From NCBI GenBank assembly GCA_003963125.1, contig RXJK01000038.1, positions 1 through 51,559 on the forward strand: 51,559 nucleotides of DNA, given 5' to 3'. The position numbers and the translations under genes are program-made. Source of the DNA: Hyphomicrobiales bacterium. GTDB taxonomy: Bacteria > Pseudomonadota > Alphaproteobacteria > Rhizobiales > Hyphomicrobiaceae. This document shows, piece by piece, positions 18,870 to 32,000 of the stretch. Position 1 is the stretch's first letter, and every line of letters starts with the position of its first letter. Under the pieces are notes generated by a model that did no database searches, was not told the DNA's origin, and saw nothing but the letters and a program-made list of their open reading frames with translations.

Positions 18870-19796
18870 ATGGTCATGAGGCCGGGTATCGGCATGATCA
18901 AGGGGACGGCGGCGGCGATGGCCGCTCTTGCGGGTGTGTCCGCATTCGCCGGGGCGAGCTTCGCGGGGATGGGGCAACCCTCTCCGAAACAAATGAAATT
19001 CCAGGACGCCGCGACCCCGATCGCCGAGCAGGTCCACTGGTTCCATGACTACGTGACGGCGATCATCGTCGTCATCACGCTCTTCGTTCTGGGCCTCATG
19101 ATCTACACGATGTGGCGCTTCAGCGAGAAGCGGAACCCGGTCCCCTCCAAGACCTCGCACAACACCACGATCGAGATCATCTGGACGGTCGTACCGGTGC
19201 TGATCCTGGTGGCGATCGCCATTCCCTCTTTCCGGCTGCTTTACAATCAGTACACCTATCCGCCGCCGGACGTGGTCATCAAGGCAACCGCCCACACCTG
19301 GAACTGGACGCACGAATATCCCGACCAGAAGATCACGATCGATTCCGTGATGCTGCAGGATTCCGAGCGCGCCGAGGTGATCAAGGCGGGCATGCCGGCC
19401 AACCAGGTGCCCCGCAACCTCGCCGTCGACAACGAGATCGTCGTGCCGGTGAACAAGGTCGTGCACGTGCTCGTCACGTCTTCCGACGTCATCCACAACT
19501 GGACCATCCCGTCGTTCGCCTCGAAGGTCGACGCGGTGCCGGGCCGTATCACCGCCACCTGGTTCAAGCCGTTGAAGGAAGGCATCTTCTTCGGCCAGTG
19601 CTCCGAGCTGTGCGGCAAGGACCATGCGTTCATGCCGATCGCCGTCCGTGTCGTCAAAGAGCAGGTCTACAACGACTGGGTCGCGGCCCTGAAGGCGCGT
19701 GACCGCAAGAAGGCCAAGGACATCATCAAATCGGCCGCCATCGAGCTCGACGGCGCCATGAAGACCGCCGAGAGCGGAGCGATCGTCAACAAGTGA
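18870..19796 (+). CDS. coxB: cytochrome c oxidase (aa3) subunit II
   Basis: AAGGAG lies 8 nt upstream of the ATG. The CuA site CSELCGKDHAFMP and two N-terminal TM helices are present. Confidence 0.95.
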   Translation: MVMRPGIGMIKGTAAAMAALAGVSAFAGASFAGMGQPSPKQMKFQDAATPIAEQVHWFHDYVTAIIVVITLFVLGLMIYTMWRFSEKRNPVPSKTSHNTTIEIIWTVVPVLILVAIAIPSFRLLYNQYTYPPPDVVIKATAHTWNWTHEYPDQKITIDSVMLQDSERAEVIKAGMPANQVPRNLAVDNEIVVPVNKVVHVLVTSSDVIHNWTIPSFASKVDAVPGRITATWFKPLKEGIFFGQCSELCGKDHAFMPIAVRVVKEQVYNDWVAALKARDRKKAKDIIKSAAIELDGAMKTAESGAIVNK

Positions 19797-19872
19797 CGGC
19801 TCCGCGACTGGGCTGACCGACTGCACCTGCACGTGCCTCACGGCACGCACTGAAACGAGTGAGCAAGGCTGA

Positions 19873-21504
<1,632 letters not shown>

Positions 21505-21573
21505 ACCGCCGGGGCGCCTCGACGAGGCGCCCCGCTCATTCTTGACTGGAAAGACGGAAGGTCCAGGCGTCGC

Positions 21574-22509
21574 ATGGCTGAGCTGAGACTGGAAAGCTCC
21601 GCGCTTCGCGTTCAGCCACTCGCTGGCGGCAGCATCGGCGACTATTTCGCGCTGATGAAGCCGCGGGTGATGTCGCTCGTCGTGTTCACGGCGTTCGTCG
21701 GCATGGTCGTGGCGCCGGGATCGCTGCATCCCGCGCTCGCCGTTATCGCACTCCTTTGCATCGCGGTCGGCGCTGGCGCCTCGGGCGCGCTCAACATGTG
21801 GTACGACGCCGATATCGACGCCCGCATGCAGCGCACCGCCGCGCGTCCCATCCCGCGCGGGCGCGTGACGCCGGACGAAGCGCTGACCTTCGGCATGGTG
21901 CTCTCGTTCGGCTCCGTCTTCACCCTCGGCCTGCTCGTCGACTGGACGGCCGGCGCGCTCCTCGCCCTCACGATCGGCTTCTACATGCTGGTCTATACGA
22001 TGTGGCTGAAGCGCCGGACGCCGCAGAACATCGTCATCGGCGGCGCCGCGGGCGCGTTTCCTCCCATGATCGGCTGGGCCGCGGTGACGGGCTCGGTCAG
22101 CGTCGAAAGCGTCCTGCTGTTCCTCATCATCTTCATGTGGACGCCGCCGCACTTCTGGGCCCTCGCCCTGTACCGCGCACGTGACTACGAGCGCGTGGGC
22201 GTGCCGATGCTGCCCGTCGTCGCCGGTCCCGACGAGACCCGCCGCCAGATCCTGTTCTATTCGCTGCTGCTGACCCCGCTCGGCGTCGTGCCGGCGGCGA
22301 TCGGCCTCGGCGGCATCGCCTATGCCGTGACCTCGGTGGTTCTGGGCGCCATCTTCCTGGCGCTGGCTTTCAACGTCTGGCGCATTCGCGATGGCCGCGA
22401 GGGCGACCGCGCCGCCAAGCGCCTTTTCGCCTTCTCGATCTTCTATCTGTTTGCCCTCTTCGCAGCGCTTCTGGCCGAGCATTCGGCGCATCGCCTGCTC
22501 GGCTGGTGA
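21574..22509 (+). CDS. ctaB: protoheme IX farnesyltransferase (heme O synthase)
   Basis: 311-aa polytopic UbiA-family protein ([33 protein letters not shown]). Confidence 0.93.
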   Translation: MAELRLESSALRVQPLAGGSIGDYFALMKPRVMSLVVFTAFVGMVVAPGSLHPALAVIALLCIAVGAGASGALNMWYDADIDARMQRTAARPIPRGRVTPDEALTFGMVLSFGSVFTLGLLVDWTAGALLALTIGFYMLVYTMWLKRRTPQNIVIGGAAGAFPPMIGWAAVTGSVSVESVLLFLIIFMWTPPHFWALALYRARDYERVGVPMLPVVAGPDETRRQILFYSLLLTPLGVVPAAIGLGGIAYAVTSVVLGAIFLALAFNVWRIRDGREGDRAAKRLFAFSIFYLFALFAALLAEHSAHRLLGW

Positions 22510-22667
22510 TGGCGCGTGTGACCGAGGAGGACGATCAGAAGGAGCTCGAGCGGCGGCGCCGGATGCGATCGATCGCGATCGCGCTGGCCCTGGGTGCGAT
22601 GGTGGTGATGTTCTACGTCGCAACCATCGTGCGGCTCGGCGGTAACGTGTTCAATCGCCCGCTATAG
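22509..22667 (+). CDS. small (52-aa) single-TM protein, CoxF-like
   Basis: This ORF is not in the supplied track because it is under 60 aa. Its ATG overlaps the ctaB stop (TGATG). It translates to [52 protein letters not shown], and its stop is 4 nt before the ctaG ATG. Position and size match the small ORF between ctaB and ctaG in rhizobial cox clusters. Confidence 0.55.
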   Translation: MARVTEEDDQKELERRRRMRSIAIALALGAMVVMFYVATIVRLGGNVFNRPL

Positions 22668-22671
22668 CTTT

Positions 22672-23289
22672 ATGGCGCGGCATGAAACGCAGGTTGGAAT
22701 GAGCGAGAACGGCACATCGTCGGCCCTGTCGAGGAGCCACCGCCGCACGGCGGTCTGGTGCGGCGCCGTCGTCGTCGCCATGGTCGGTGCGTCCTACGCC
22801 GCCGTGCCGCTCTATCGCATGTTCTGCAACGCAACGGGCTTCGACGGCACGCCGCGCATCGCATCGAAGCCGGCCGACAAGGTGCTCGACCGCGTCATCA
22901 ACGTGCGCTTCGACGCCAACGTTGGCCCCGGCATGCCCTGGCGCTTCGAGCCCGTCGAGGGCAAGGTCGACGTGAAGCTCGGCGAAACGACGCTCGCCTT
23001 CTATCGCGCGACGAATACCTCCGATCACACCATCACCGGCTCCGCGACGTTCAACGTCTTCCCCGAACAGTCGGCCCCGTTCTTCAACAAGCTCGAGTGC
23101 TTCTGCTTCCAGGAGCAGACGCTGGCGCCGGGCCAATCCATCGAAATGCCCGTCAGCTTCTTCGTCGATCCGGCGATCGTGAACGACAAGGACGCCCGCG
23201 GCACCACGCACATCACGCTCTCGTACACGTTCTATCCCGTCGCGCCGAAGCCCTCCGTGGCCGAGAAGCGCGATGGAAAGACGGGTTGA
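22672..23289 (+). CDS. ctaG: cytochrome c oxidase assembly protein CtaG/Cox11
   Basis: 205-aa protein with an N-terminal TM helix, AVPLYRMFCNATGF and the copper-binding CFCF motif (KLECFCFQEQ). Confidence 0.9.
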   Translation: MARHETQVGMSENGTSSALSRSHRRTAVWCGAVVVAMVGASYAAVPLYRMFCNATGFDGTPRIASKPADKVLDRVINVRFDANVGPGMPWRFEPVEGKVDVKLGETTLAFYRATNTSDHTITGSATFNVFPEQSAPFFNKLECFCFQEQTLAPGQSIEMPVSFFVDPAIVNDKDARGTTHITLSYTFYPVAPKPSVAEKRDGKTG

Positions 23290-23361
23290 GCGCAAAACGG
23301 GTTTGAAACAAGCGCCGGCCCCGCCGGCAACAGGGGACTGAGGGAGCAGGAGCTTCGGACA

Positions 23362-24291
23362 ATGGCCGATACGCACGCCAAACATCATGACTACCATCTC
23401 GTCAATCCGAGCCCGTGGCCGGCGCTCGGCTCGGTCTCGGCCTTCGTCTGGGCCGTTGGGCTCATCGTCTGGATGCGCTCGAAGGGCGGCGGCGAAGGGC
23501 TGTTTGGCCTCAAGGGGCCGACCCTTTTCTACATCGGCATCGGCCTGATCCTGCTCACCATGTTCATGTGGTGGCGCGACGTCATTCGCGAGGCCCACGC
23601 CGGCGATCACACCCCCGTCGTGCAGCTCCACCTGCGTTACGGCATGCTGCTGTTCATCGCCTCGGAAGTGATGTTCTTCGTCGCCTGGTTCTGGGCCTTC
23701 TTCGACGCCGCCCTGTTCCCCGGCGCCGTGCACAGCCTCGACATCACCAACAACGGCGTGGTCGAGGCCGGCAAGGAGGTAATCGGCATGGTGGATCGCA
23801 ACACCATAACCGGTGGCAAGTGGCCGCCGATCCCGAACGAAGCCTTCCACGGCACGTTCGATCCCTGGGGCCTGCCTCTCGTCAACACGCTGATCCTGCT
23901 GACGTCGGGCACGACGGTCACGTGGGCGCACCACGCGCTGCTCGAGAACGATCGCAAGGGCCTCGTGTGGGGCCTGACGCTCACCATCGTGCTGGGCGCG
24001 ATCTTCACCGCCTGCCAGGCCTTCGAGTACATGCACGCCGGCTTCTCCTTCGGCGGCAACCTCTACGGCGGCGTGTTCTTCATGGCGACGGGCTTCCATG
24101 GCGCGCACGTGATCATCGGCACGATCTTCCTGACGGTCTGCCTGTTCCGGGCGCTCGCCGGTCACTTCACACCGAAGCAGCATTTCGGCTTCGAAGCTGC
24201 CGCCTGGTACTGGCACTTCGTCGACGTGGTCTGGCTGTTCCTGTTCCTGTGCATTTACGTGTGGTTCGCCGGCACCCCGGCACCGCACTGA
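23362..24291 (+). CDS. coxC: cytochrome c oxidase (aa3) subunit III
   Basis: 309-aa protein with an [13 protein letters not shown]-terminus and the [12 protein letters not shown] and [14 protein letters not shown] motifs. Confidence 0.93.
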   Translation: MADTHAKHHDYHLVNPSPWPALGSVSAFVWAVGLIVWMRSKGGGEGLFGLKGPTLFYIGIGLILLTMFMWWRDVIREAHAGDHTPVVQLHLRYGMLLFIASEVMFFVAWFWAFFDAALFPGAVHSLDITNNGVVEAGKEVIGMVDRNTITGGKWPPIPNEAFHGTFDPWGLPLVNTLILLTSGTTVTWAHHALLENDRKGLVWGLTLTIVLGAIFTACQAFEYMHAGFSFGGNLYGGVFFMATGFHGAHVIIGTIFLTVCLFRALAGHFTPKQHFGFEAAAWYWHFVDVVWLFLFLCIYVWFAGTPAPH

Positions 24292-24396
24292 GCGAGGTGA
24301 CAGCTTCGCGATTTCGGGGGGGCGGCTTGGCAAGGCCGCCCTTCGCCTTTGCAGGGTTCGTGAATTCGAGGCGTCGGCGTGCACGGAGAGGCGTCC

Positions 24397-24786
24397 ATGG
24401 AAACGCAGCAAGAGCCTGAGGCGCCGTCCGTTTCTCCGTACATCGCCGGGATCACCGCGCGCTGCCCGAAGTGCGGCAAGGGCAAGCTGTTCCGCGGTGG
24501 GCTGGGCCTGCGTGAGGCCTGCGACGTCTGCGGCCAGAGCTACGCGGCGGCAGACCCCGGCGACGGCCCGGCGGTGTTCGCGATCTTCATCCTGGGCTTC
24601 GTTATCCTTGGCGGTGCCTTGTGGCTCGAATTCCGCGTCGGCCCGCCGGTCTGGGTCCACGTCCTGCTCTGGGGCGTCCTGACGCCCGTCCTGGCCTTCT
24701 TCCTGCTGCGGGTCCTGAAGGCGACGCTGATCGCCCTCCAGTTCAAGCACAAGGCCGAGGAAGGCCGCCTCACGCTCACGCAATGA
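24397..24786 (+). CDS. DUF983 domain membrane protein
   Basis: It has a CPKCGKGKLF...CDVCG zinc-ribbon followed by two TM helices. The position between coxC and surf1 is conserved. The start is ATG 24397 or 24379. Confidence 0.75.
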   Translation: METQQEPEAPSVSPYIAGITARCPKCGKGKLFRGGLGLREACDVCGQSYAAADPGDGPAVFAIFILGFVILGGALWLEFRVGPPVWVHVLLWGVLTPVLAFFLLRVLKATLIALQFKHKAEEGRLTLTQ

Positions 24787-24822
24787 CCCGCTCTTTTCCC
24801 TAGGCTCCTTTCGCGTCCCTGC

Positions 24823-25569
24823 ATGCTGCACCGCCTGAGCAACGCGCGTCTCCTTTGGCCATCACTCCTGGCCCTCATCGGGCTTGGCGTTCTGCTCGGC
24901 CTCGGCACCTGGCAGCTCAAGCGGAAAGCCTGGAAGGAAAGCATCATCGCAAAGATCGAGACCCGCGTGGACGCGCCGCCCGTGGACCTCGTCAACCTCC
25001 TCACCGCGACGCACGAGGACAGCGACCTCGAATACACCCACGTCAAGATCCGGGGGCGCTACCTGAACGACAAGGAGCGCTATCTTTACGCCCCGGAACG
25101 ATCGGGCCTCGGCTGGCACGTCCTGACACCTCTGCTGATCTCCCCGGAGACGGTCGTCTGGATCAATCGCGGCTTCGTGCCGGACGCCCGCAAGGATCCC
25201 GCAACGCGCAAGGAGGGCGAGGTCGAAGGCGAGGTCACGGTCACCGGCTTGCTGCGCCAACCCCATACCGCGGCATTCACGCCGGCCAACGATGTCGCCC
25301 GCAACATCTGGCATTGGGCGGACACGGCCGGCCTCACCGCTTCGGCCTTCCCCGGCCAGCCGATGAAGCCGCTCCGGGTCGTGATCGATGCCGACGCCAG
25401 CGAAACCCCGGCCGGTGGGCTTCCGAAAGGCGGCGTGACACGGCTCCAGATCCCCAACCGCCATCTGGAGTATGCTTTCACGTGGTACGGCTTAGCCGCA
25501 ACGCTCGTCGGCGTCTTCGTTGCGTTCGCAGTCGGCCGTCTGCGGGAGCCAAAAATCGAGAAAGCTTAG
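24823..25569 (+). CDS. SURF1-family cytochrome oxidase biogenesis protein
   Basis: 248-aa protein with N- and C-terminal TM helices, GTWQLKR, and the NRHLEYAFTWYGLA motif. Confidence 0.85.
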   Translation: MLHRLSNARLLWPSLLALIGLGVLLGLGTWQLKRKAWKESIIAKIETRVDAPPVDLVNLLTATHEDSDLEYTHVKIRGRYLNDKERYLYAPERSGLGWHVLTPLLISPETVVWINRGFVPDARKDPATRKEGEVEGEVTVTGLLRQPHTAAFTPANDVARNIWHWADTAGLTASAFPGQPMKPLRVVIDADASETPAGGLPKGGVTRLQIPNRHLEYAFTWYGLAATLVGVFVAFAVGRLREPKIEKA

Positions 25570-25691
25570 GATCTTAGGCTGGCGCTTCGCGTTCCGGACG
25601 GTCCTGGTGGCAAGGCGCCGATCCGACCTTGTTCTGGCAGCCTGCCGCACCTACTCTACCCGTCTCATCCCATTTGAAAGCGTGGCCAAAC

Positions 25692-27107
25692 TTGTCGCCG
25701 ATCACCTACATCTCGACGCGCGGAGAGGCGCCCGAACTCGGGTTCGAGGACGCGCTGCTGGCGGGGCTCGCCCGTGACGGCGGCCTCTACCTGCCGAAGA
25801 CGTGGCCGACCCTGTCCAAGAGCGAACTCGAAGCGGTCCCGGGTCAGTCCTTTGCCGAGGTCGCGGCTGATACCGTCGCCCGGTTTGCCGGACCTAAAGG
25901 CCTTGCGCGCAAGGAGATCCTGAAGCTCGCAGAGGCGGCCTATGCCCGCTTCGGTCATCCGGCGACGACGCCACTCGTCGAGATCGATCGCAATCTCTGG
26001 GTGCTCGAGCTCTTCCATGGGCCGACACTCGCCTTCAAGGACGTGGCCATGCAGTTGCTGGCCCGCCTGATGGACGAGGTGCTGACCCGCCGCGGAGAGC
26101 GTGCGACCATCGTCGGCGCGACGTCGGGCGACACAGGCGGCGCGGCCATCGAGGCCTTCCGGGGCTCGTCCCGCGTCGACTGCATCATCCTCTTTCCCGA
26201 CGGTCGCGTGTCAGACGTCCAGCGCCGCATGATGACGACGGCGCGTGAGAGCAACGTGCACGCCGTCGCCGTCGACGGCACGTTCGACGACTGCCAGGCC
26301 CTCGTGAAGGCGATGTTCAACGACCTCGCCTTCCGCGACCGCGTGTGCCTCGCCGGCGTCAACTCGATCAATTGGGCCCGCATCGTCGCCCAGATCAGCT
26401 ACTACCTCGTCGCGGCGACGGCCTTGGGCGCGCCGTATCGGCCTGTGTCGTTCGCCGTGCCGACGGGCAATTTCGGCGACATCTTCGCAGGCTTCGTCGC
26501 GCGCACGATGGGGCTTCCGGTCGAAACGCTCGCCATCGCCACCAACGACAACGATATCCTGCGCCGCGCGCATGCCGACGGCGCCTACGAGGTGAAAGGC
26601 GTTTCGGCGACCAACTCGCCGTCGATGGACATCCAGATCTCCTCGAACTTCGAGCGCTATCTCTATGAGGCCTCGGATCGCGACGCGACGTGGGTGCGCG
26701 GACGAATGGGCGAGTTGCAGCAATCCGGCCAGTTCCGGCTGGGCGAGAAGGTGCAGGCGCGCATGCAGCGGGATTTTGCCGCTGCCAGTGCGAGCCAGGC
26801 GGAAGTGGCGGCAACCGTGCGCCGGGTGCGCGAGCAGAGTGGCTATCTCCTCGACCCGCACACCGCCTGTGGCGTCGTCGCAGCTGAAAAGACGCTTCCC
26901 GCCGGTCGAACACCGCGCGTCGTCCTCGCGACGGCCCATCCAGCAAAATTCCCGGACGCCGTGGAAGCCATCGTCGGCGAGCGCCCGCCGCTGCCGCCGC
27001 GACTGCACGCGCTGCTGACGGACAAGGAAAGGATTTCGGTATTGCCCAACGATCTCGCCGCCGTGAAGGGCTTCGTCGCCGACCGCGCGACCGCCGTGCG
27101 AGGCTGA
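25692..27107 (+). CDS. thrC: threonine synthase
   Basis: ORF 25629..27107. The N-terminus YISTRGEAPELGFEDALLAGLARDGGLYLP and the PLP lysine motif HGPTLAFKD are present. The start is not resolved: in-frame TTGs occur at 25629, 25674 and 25692, and I chose the last from the usual ThrC N-terminal length. Confidence 0.88.
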   Translation: MSPITYISTRGEAPELGFEDALLAGLARDGGLYLPKTWPTLSKSELEAVPGQSFAEVAADTVARFAGPKGLARKEILKLAEAAYARFGHPATTPLVEIDRNLWVLELFHGPTLAFKDVAMQLLARLMDEVLTRRGERATIVGATSGDTGGAAIEAFRGSSRVDCIILFPDGRVSDVQRRMMTTARESNVHAVAVDGTFDDCQALVKAMFNDLAFRDRVCLAGVNSINWARIVAQISYYLVAATALGAPYRPVSFAVPTGNFGDIFAGFVARTMGLPVETLAIATNDNDILRRAHADGAYEVKGVSATNSPSMDIQISSNFERYLYEASDRDATWVRGRMGELQQSGQFRLGEKVQARMQRDFAAASASQAEVAATVRRVREQSGYLLDPHTACGVVAAEKTLPAGRTPRVVLATAHPAKFPDAVEAIVGERPPLPPRLHALLTDKERISVLPNDLAAVKGFVADRATAVRG

Positions 27108-27114
27108 CCCCGAC

Positions 27115-28386
27115 ATGAGCGACAGCCTCACCAACATCTCGACCCTGAACAACGGCCTCAGGATCGCGACGCACCACATGCCGCACGTCGAAACCGTGTC
27201 GCTGGGCATCTGGGTGCACGCGGGCGCACGGCACGAAACGGCATCGCAACACGGCATCTCGCACCTCCTGGAGCACATGGCCTTCAAGGGTACCAACCGG
27301 CGCACGGCGATGGGGATCGCGGAGGAGATCGAAGCCGTCGGCGGCGAGCTGAATGCGGCGACCAGCCTCGAGACCACGGCCTACTACGCCCGCATCCTGA
27401 AGGACGACGTGCCGCTCGCCCTCGATATCCTGGCCGACATCCTGCAGGCCCCGCTCTACGCGCAGGACGAACTCGAGCGCGAACGCGAGGTCATCCTGCA
27501 GGAGATCGCGGGTACCCGCGACAGCCCCGAGGAGATCGCCTACGAACTCGTGCAGGAAGCCGCGTTCCCCTCGCAATCGATCGGCCGTCCGATCCTCGGC
27601 ACCGCGGAGAGCGTCAAGAGCTTCACGGCCGACGACCTGCGCAGTTTCCTGAAGCAGCATTACACGGGCGGCCGCATGGTGCTGTCCGCCGCGGGCAACC
27701 TCAGCCACGACGCGATCGTGCGCCAGTCCCAGGCGCTGTTCGGCAGCCTGTCGGCCGGCGCCGACGGCGGCTACGAGCCCGCACGCTACGTCGGTGGCCC
27801 GCGCATGTCGGACAAGGTGTTCGAGCAGAGCCATCTGGTGATGGGTTTCTCTGGCCCCTCCTACCGCACGACCGATTATTACACGGGCCAGGTGTTCTCC
27901 GGTTTGTTCGGCGGCGGCATGTCCTCGCGCCTGTTCCAGGAGGTGCGCGAGAAGCGCGGGCTCTGTTACGCGATCTATTCAAGCATGTGGGCGCTGGCCG
28001 ACGCCGGCCTCTTCGGCATTCACGCCGCTACCGGCCACGACGCGCTGGGTGAACTGATCGGCGTCGTCAACGAGGAGTTCGCCAAGGCCGCCGCCTCGCG
28101 CCCCTCCGAGGCGGAAGTCGCCCGCTCGAAGGCGCAGATCAAGGCCGGCCTGCTGATGGGGCTGGAAAGCTCTGGCGCCCGCGCGGAGCAGATGGCACGT
28201 CAGTTGCTTCTGTTTGGGCGTCTCGTCGACACGCCGGAATTGGTCGAGCGGATCGAGGCGGTGGACGCCGAAGCTGTGCGTAGTTTCGCGGAGAAGCTCG
28301 TTGCGGGGATGGCGTCGGTCGCCGTGGTTGGCACGGGAGAGAGCAGTGGGGCCTATGCCGCCCAAGCCGCCCAGAAGGCCGCCTGA
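27115..28386 (+). CDS. M16-family (pitrilysin-type) zinc peptidase
   Basis: 423-aa protein with the inverted zinc motif HLLEHMAFKGT and a downstream E (REVILQEI). Confidence 0.88.
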   Translation: MSDSLTNISTLNNGLRIATHHMPHVETVSLGIWVHAGARHETASQHGISHLLEHMAFKGTNRRTAMGIAEEIEAVGGELNAATSLETTAYYARILKDDVPLALDILADILQAPLYAQDELEREREVILQEIAGTRDSPEEIAYELVQEAAFPSQSIGRPILGTAESVKSFTADDLRSFLKQHYTGGRMVLSAAGNLSHDAIVRQSQALFGSLSAGADGGYEPARYVGGPRMSDKVFEQSHLVMGFSGPSYRTTDYYTGQVFSGLFGGGMSSRLFQEVREKRGLCYAIYSSMWALADAGLFGIHAATGHDALGELIGVVNEEFAKAAASRPSEAEVARSKAQIKAGLLMGLESSGARAEQMARQLLLFGRLVDTPELVERIEAVDAEAVRSFAEKLVAGMASVAVVGTGESSGAYAAQAAQKAA

Positions 28387-28452
28387 ACGGCGTTTGCCGT
28401 CGCCGCCGCGCTCCGGAGCCGCGCGGGAGGACGCCGTAAAGCCTGGGTTGCT

Positions 28453-29031
28453 ATGGCATTCCTGAGGCTCACCGGCCCCGACCCCGACAGCGAGATCCGC
28501 GGCAACGCCGTGGTCCTGCGCCCGCCTGCCATGGGCGATTACGGGGCCTGGGCCCAGCTCAGGGCCCTCAGCCGCATGCATCTCGCCCTGTGGGAACCGG
28601 CATGGTCGCGGGACGAGCTGTCACGACCAGCCTTCCGCCGCCGCATCCGGCAATATCAGCGCGAGGCCCGCGACGACCAGGGATATGCCTTTTTTGTCGT
28701 GCACAAGGCGGAAGGGACGTTGCTTGGGAGCATAACTCTGAGCAACGTGCGCCGGGGGGTATCGCAGTCGGCGGCGGTTGGGTATTGGATCGGTCTGCCC
28801 CACACCAACAAGGGGTTCATGACGGATGCCGTCTGCGCGCTGGCAGGACATTCTTTTTCAAACCTGGGGTTGCATCGCCTTGAAGCTGCCTGCATGCCAA
28901 GCAATGCAGCGAGTGCGCGCGTACTCGAGAAGGCAGGGTTCAGGCGCGAGGGCATGGCGCGCAAGCTCTTGAAGATCGACGGTGTGTGGCAGGACCACGA
29001 CCTTTACGCGCGACTTTCTGACGATCCTTGA
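28453..29031 (+). CDS. GNAT-family N-acetyltransferase (RimJ/RimL-like)
   Basis: 192-aa protein. VGYWIGLPHTNKGFMTDA and the LHRLEAACMPSNAASARVLEKAGFRREG tail are typical of the ribosomal-protein acetyltransferase subfamily. Confidence 0.8.
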   Translation: MAFLRLTGPDPDSEIRGNAVVLRPPAMGDYGAWAQLRALSRMHLALWEPAWSRDELSRPAFRRRIRQYQREARDDQGYAFFVVHKAEGTLLGSITLSNVRRGVSQSAAVGYWIGLPHTNKGFMTDAVCALAGHSFSNLGLHRLEAACMPSNAASARVLEKAGFRREGMARKLLKIDGVWQDHDLYARLSDDP

Positions 29032-32000
29032 AGGGGTTGAGAAGAGTGCAAGGGGAGGCATATGCCGGCGGGACACAGCCCGCGCCGCAAGGCGCCGGGT
29101 TCGTTCGCTTGGCTCTCTTCGCGCTCGCTTTGCTGTTCAGCTTGGCAGCTGCGCCCAGCGCCCATGCGCTGAAGGCCATTCAGGTCAACAACGATCTCGA
29201 CCGTATCGAGATCACGGCCCTGGGCGAGGCCCATGACGGGCGCGGCGATGTCCTCCAGATCGAGACGGCGCCAGGCGCCGATGGCGTATCGGGCCGCATG
29301 TCCGTCCGCGCGCAAACATCCGGGACGAACCCGAGCTGGTTCGTCTTCGCGCTCACCAACACGACCGACAAACCGCTGGAGCGCTGGCTGGCCGCCGATC
29401 GTTACAACACCGTGGGCTCCGGCATCGTCTGGCCCGATCTCGATGCCCGGCGCGTGGAAGCCGTCACGCCGTCGGTGGGCTTCGTGCCCGAGCGCATCAA
29501 GAACGACCGCGCCGACGTGTTCCGCCTGACGCTCGAACCCGGACAGACGGTGACGTTCGTCGCCGAGATGTCGTCGGAGCACTTCACGCGCCTGGCTCTG
29601 TGGAAGTCGATCGAATACGAGCAAAAGAGCCGCGATCGCCAGCTGTTCAACGGCATCATGCTCGGCATCACGGGCCTGCTGGCGATCTTCCTGACGGCCG
29701 TCTTTGCGGCCAATCACAAGGCGATCTTCCCGGCCGCCGCCGTCTTCACCTGGGCGGTACTGGCCTACCTCTGCGTCGACTTCGGCTTCTGGCACAAGCT
29801 CTTCAACATCAAGCCGGAGGAGAACGCGCAGTATCGCGCGGCCGCCGAAGCGACGATGGCGGCGTGCCTCCTGCTCTTCACCATCACCTTCCTCCGCCTC
29901 AACGCGTGGAACAGCTTCTTGCGCATGCTGCTCGCCATGTGGGTGGTGGCGCAGCTTTCCCTGATCGCGGTGGCCTTCCTCGATCCCCGGCTCGCGGCGA
30001 CGTTCGCGCGGCTTTCGGTGGTCGCCATCGCTGGCGGCGGTGCCGCGCTGACTGTATTCCTCGCACTGGCTGGCCAGGATCGTGCGCTCTCGCTGATCCC
30101 CACGTGGACCTTGCTGCTCGTCTGGCTGTTCGGTGCGGCGATGATCTTCACCGGCCGCCTCGGCGGCGACGTGATGACCTTCGGCCTCACTGCCGGCTTG
30201 GTCATGATCGTGGTGCTGATCGGCTTCACGGTCACCCAGTACGCTTTCCGCTCGATCGAACCCATGTACGGCACGCAACCGGGCGAAAGTCAGGTGCGAT
30301 CGCTCGCCATCGAGGGCGCCGGTGCCGCGGTCTGGGAATGGAATGCGCGCCGCGACGAGATCAACGTCAGTCCCGTCGTTGAGGCGATGCTGGGCCTCGA
30401 AACGGGCAGGCTGTCCGGGAAGGCCGACGACTTCGGCAAGCACATGCATCCGGCCGACCGGGAGCGCTTCAAGCTGCTGCTCGGCTCAGTGAAGGAACGC
30501 TCCGGCGGCGAGATCCACATCGAGTTCCGCCTGCGCCACACCGACAATTCCTACCACTGGTTCGAGCTCGAGGCGGCGAGCATCCCGACGAGCGATCACC
30601 GCAACCTTCGCTGCATCGGCCTGATGCGCGACATCACCGATACCAAGCGGGCGCAGGAGCGCCTGATGCAGGACGCGGTCAACGACAGCCTGACGGGCCT
30701 GCCCAACCGAGAGCTGTTCCTCGATCGGCTGGCGATCGCGGCCAAGCGCGCGACGCTCGAACCTCTCGTGCGCCCGGCCCTCCTGTTCGTCGACATCGAC
30801 CGTTTCAAGAACGCCAACGCCGCCTTCGGTCTCGTCGTCGGCGACAGCCTGCTGCTCACGGTGGCGCGCCGGCTCGCCCGCAATCTCGGGCCCCAGGACA
30901 CGCTGGCCCGCGTCGGCGGCGACCAGTTCGCCCTGCTGCTGCTCAACCAGTCCGATCCCCGCGAACTCGCCATGCTCGCCGAAGCCGTGCGCCGCACGCT
31001 GCGCGCGCCGATCAACATCGCGGGCCAGGACGTCGTGCTGACGGCCTCCATCGGCATCTCGATCTACGACGGCCCCGATGACGATCCGGCCGAGCTTCTG
31101 CGCGAAGCCGAGATCGCCATGTACCGCGCCAAGCGCGGCGGAACGGACCGGATCGAGATCTTCTCCAACGAGATGAAGAGCGAAAAGGGCGGCCGGCCCG
31201 AGCTCGAGCAGGATCTGCGCCGCGCCATCGAGAAGAAGCAGCTCAAGCTTCTCTACCAGCCGATCTTCTACCTGCCGACGGAGACGCTCGCGGGCTTCGA
31301 GGCGCTGGTGCGCTGGGATCATCCGAGCCTCGGCACGCTCAATCCGTCCGAGTTCATCCCGATCGCCGAAGAGAGCGACCTCATCGAGAAGCTGGGCTCC
31401 TTCGTTCTCGCCCAGGCCGTGCAGGAAGCGGCCAAGTGGCAGACGGAACTGTCCCGGCCCGACAATCCCGTGTTCGTCAGCGTCAACGTCTCGAGCCGGC
31501 AGCTCTTCAAGCCCGATCTCGTCAACGAGGTGCGCCACATCCTCGCGCGCGCCGTACTGCCGAAGGGTTCGCTGCGGCTCGAAATCACCGAGTCGCTGGC
31601 GATGGAGAACCCGGAGAAGGCGACGACCGTCCTGCGTCAGCTGGCCGACGCCGGCGCCGGCATCGCGCTCGACGATTTCGGCACGGGCTATTCCTCGCTG
31701 TCGTACCTGAACCAGTTCACCTTCGACACCATCAAGCTCGACAGGTCGTTCATCGCCGCGAGCGGCCAGGACGGCGGCGGATCGACAATCCTGCGCTCCA
31801 TCGTTGCCCTCTCCCACGAACTCGGCAAGAAGGTCGTCGCTGAAGGCGTCGAGACGGAAGACGACGTCGGCTTCCTGCGCTCCATCGGCTGCGAGTACGG
31901 CCAGGGCTTCTACTACAGCGAGCCGATGGCCGAGCGCGATGTGATGCAATTGCTGCGCGTCGCCCGCAAGGCCGAGCGCCGCATCAAGAAGAGCCTGCTC

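Noticed and set aside
23700-23880. Apparent insertion of about 30 aa ([26 protein letters not shown]) in cytochrome oxidase subunit III.
   Set aside because: I cannot verify the length difference without an alignment. Loop-length variation in CoxC is common among alphaproteobacteria.
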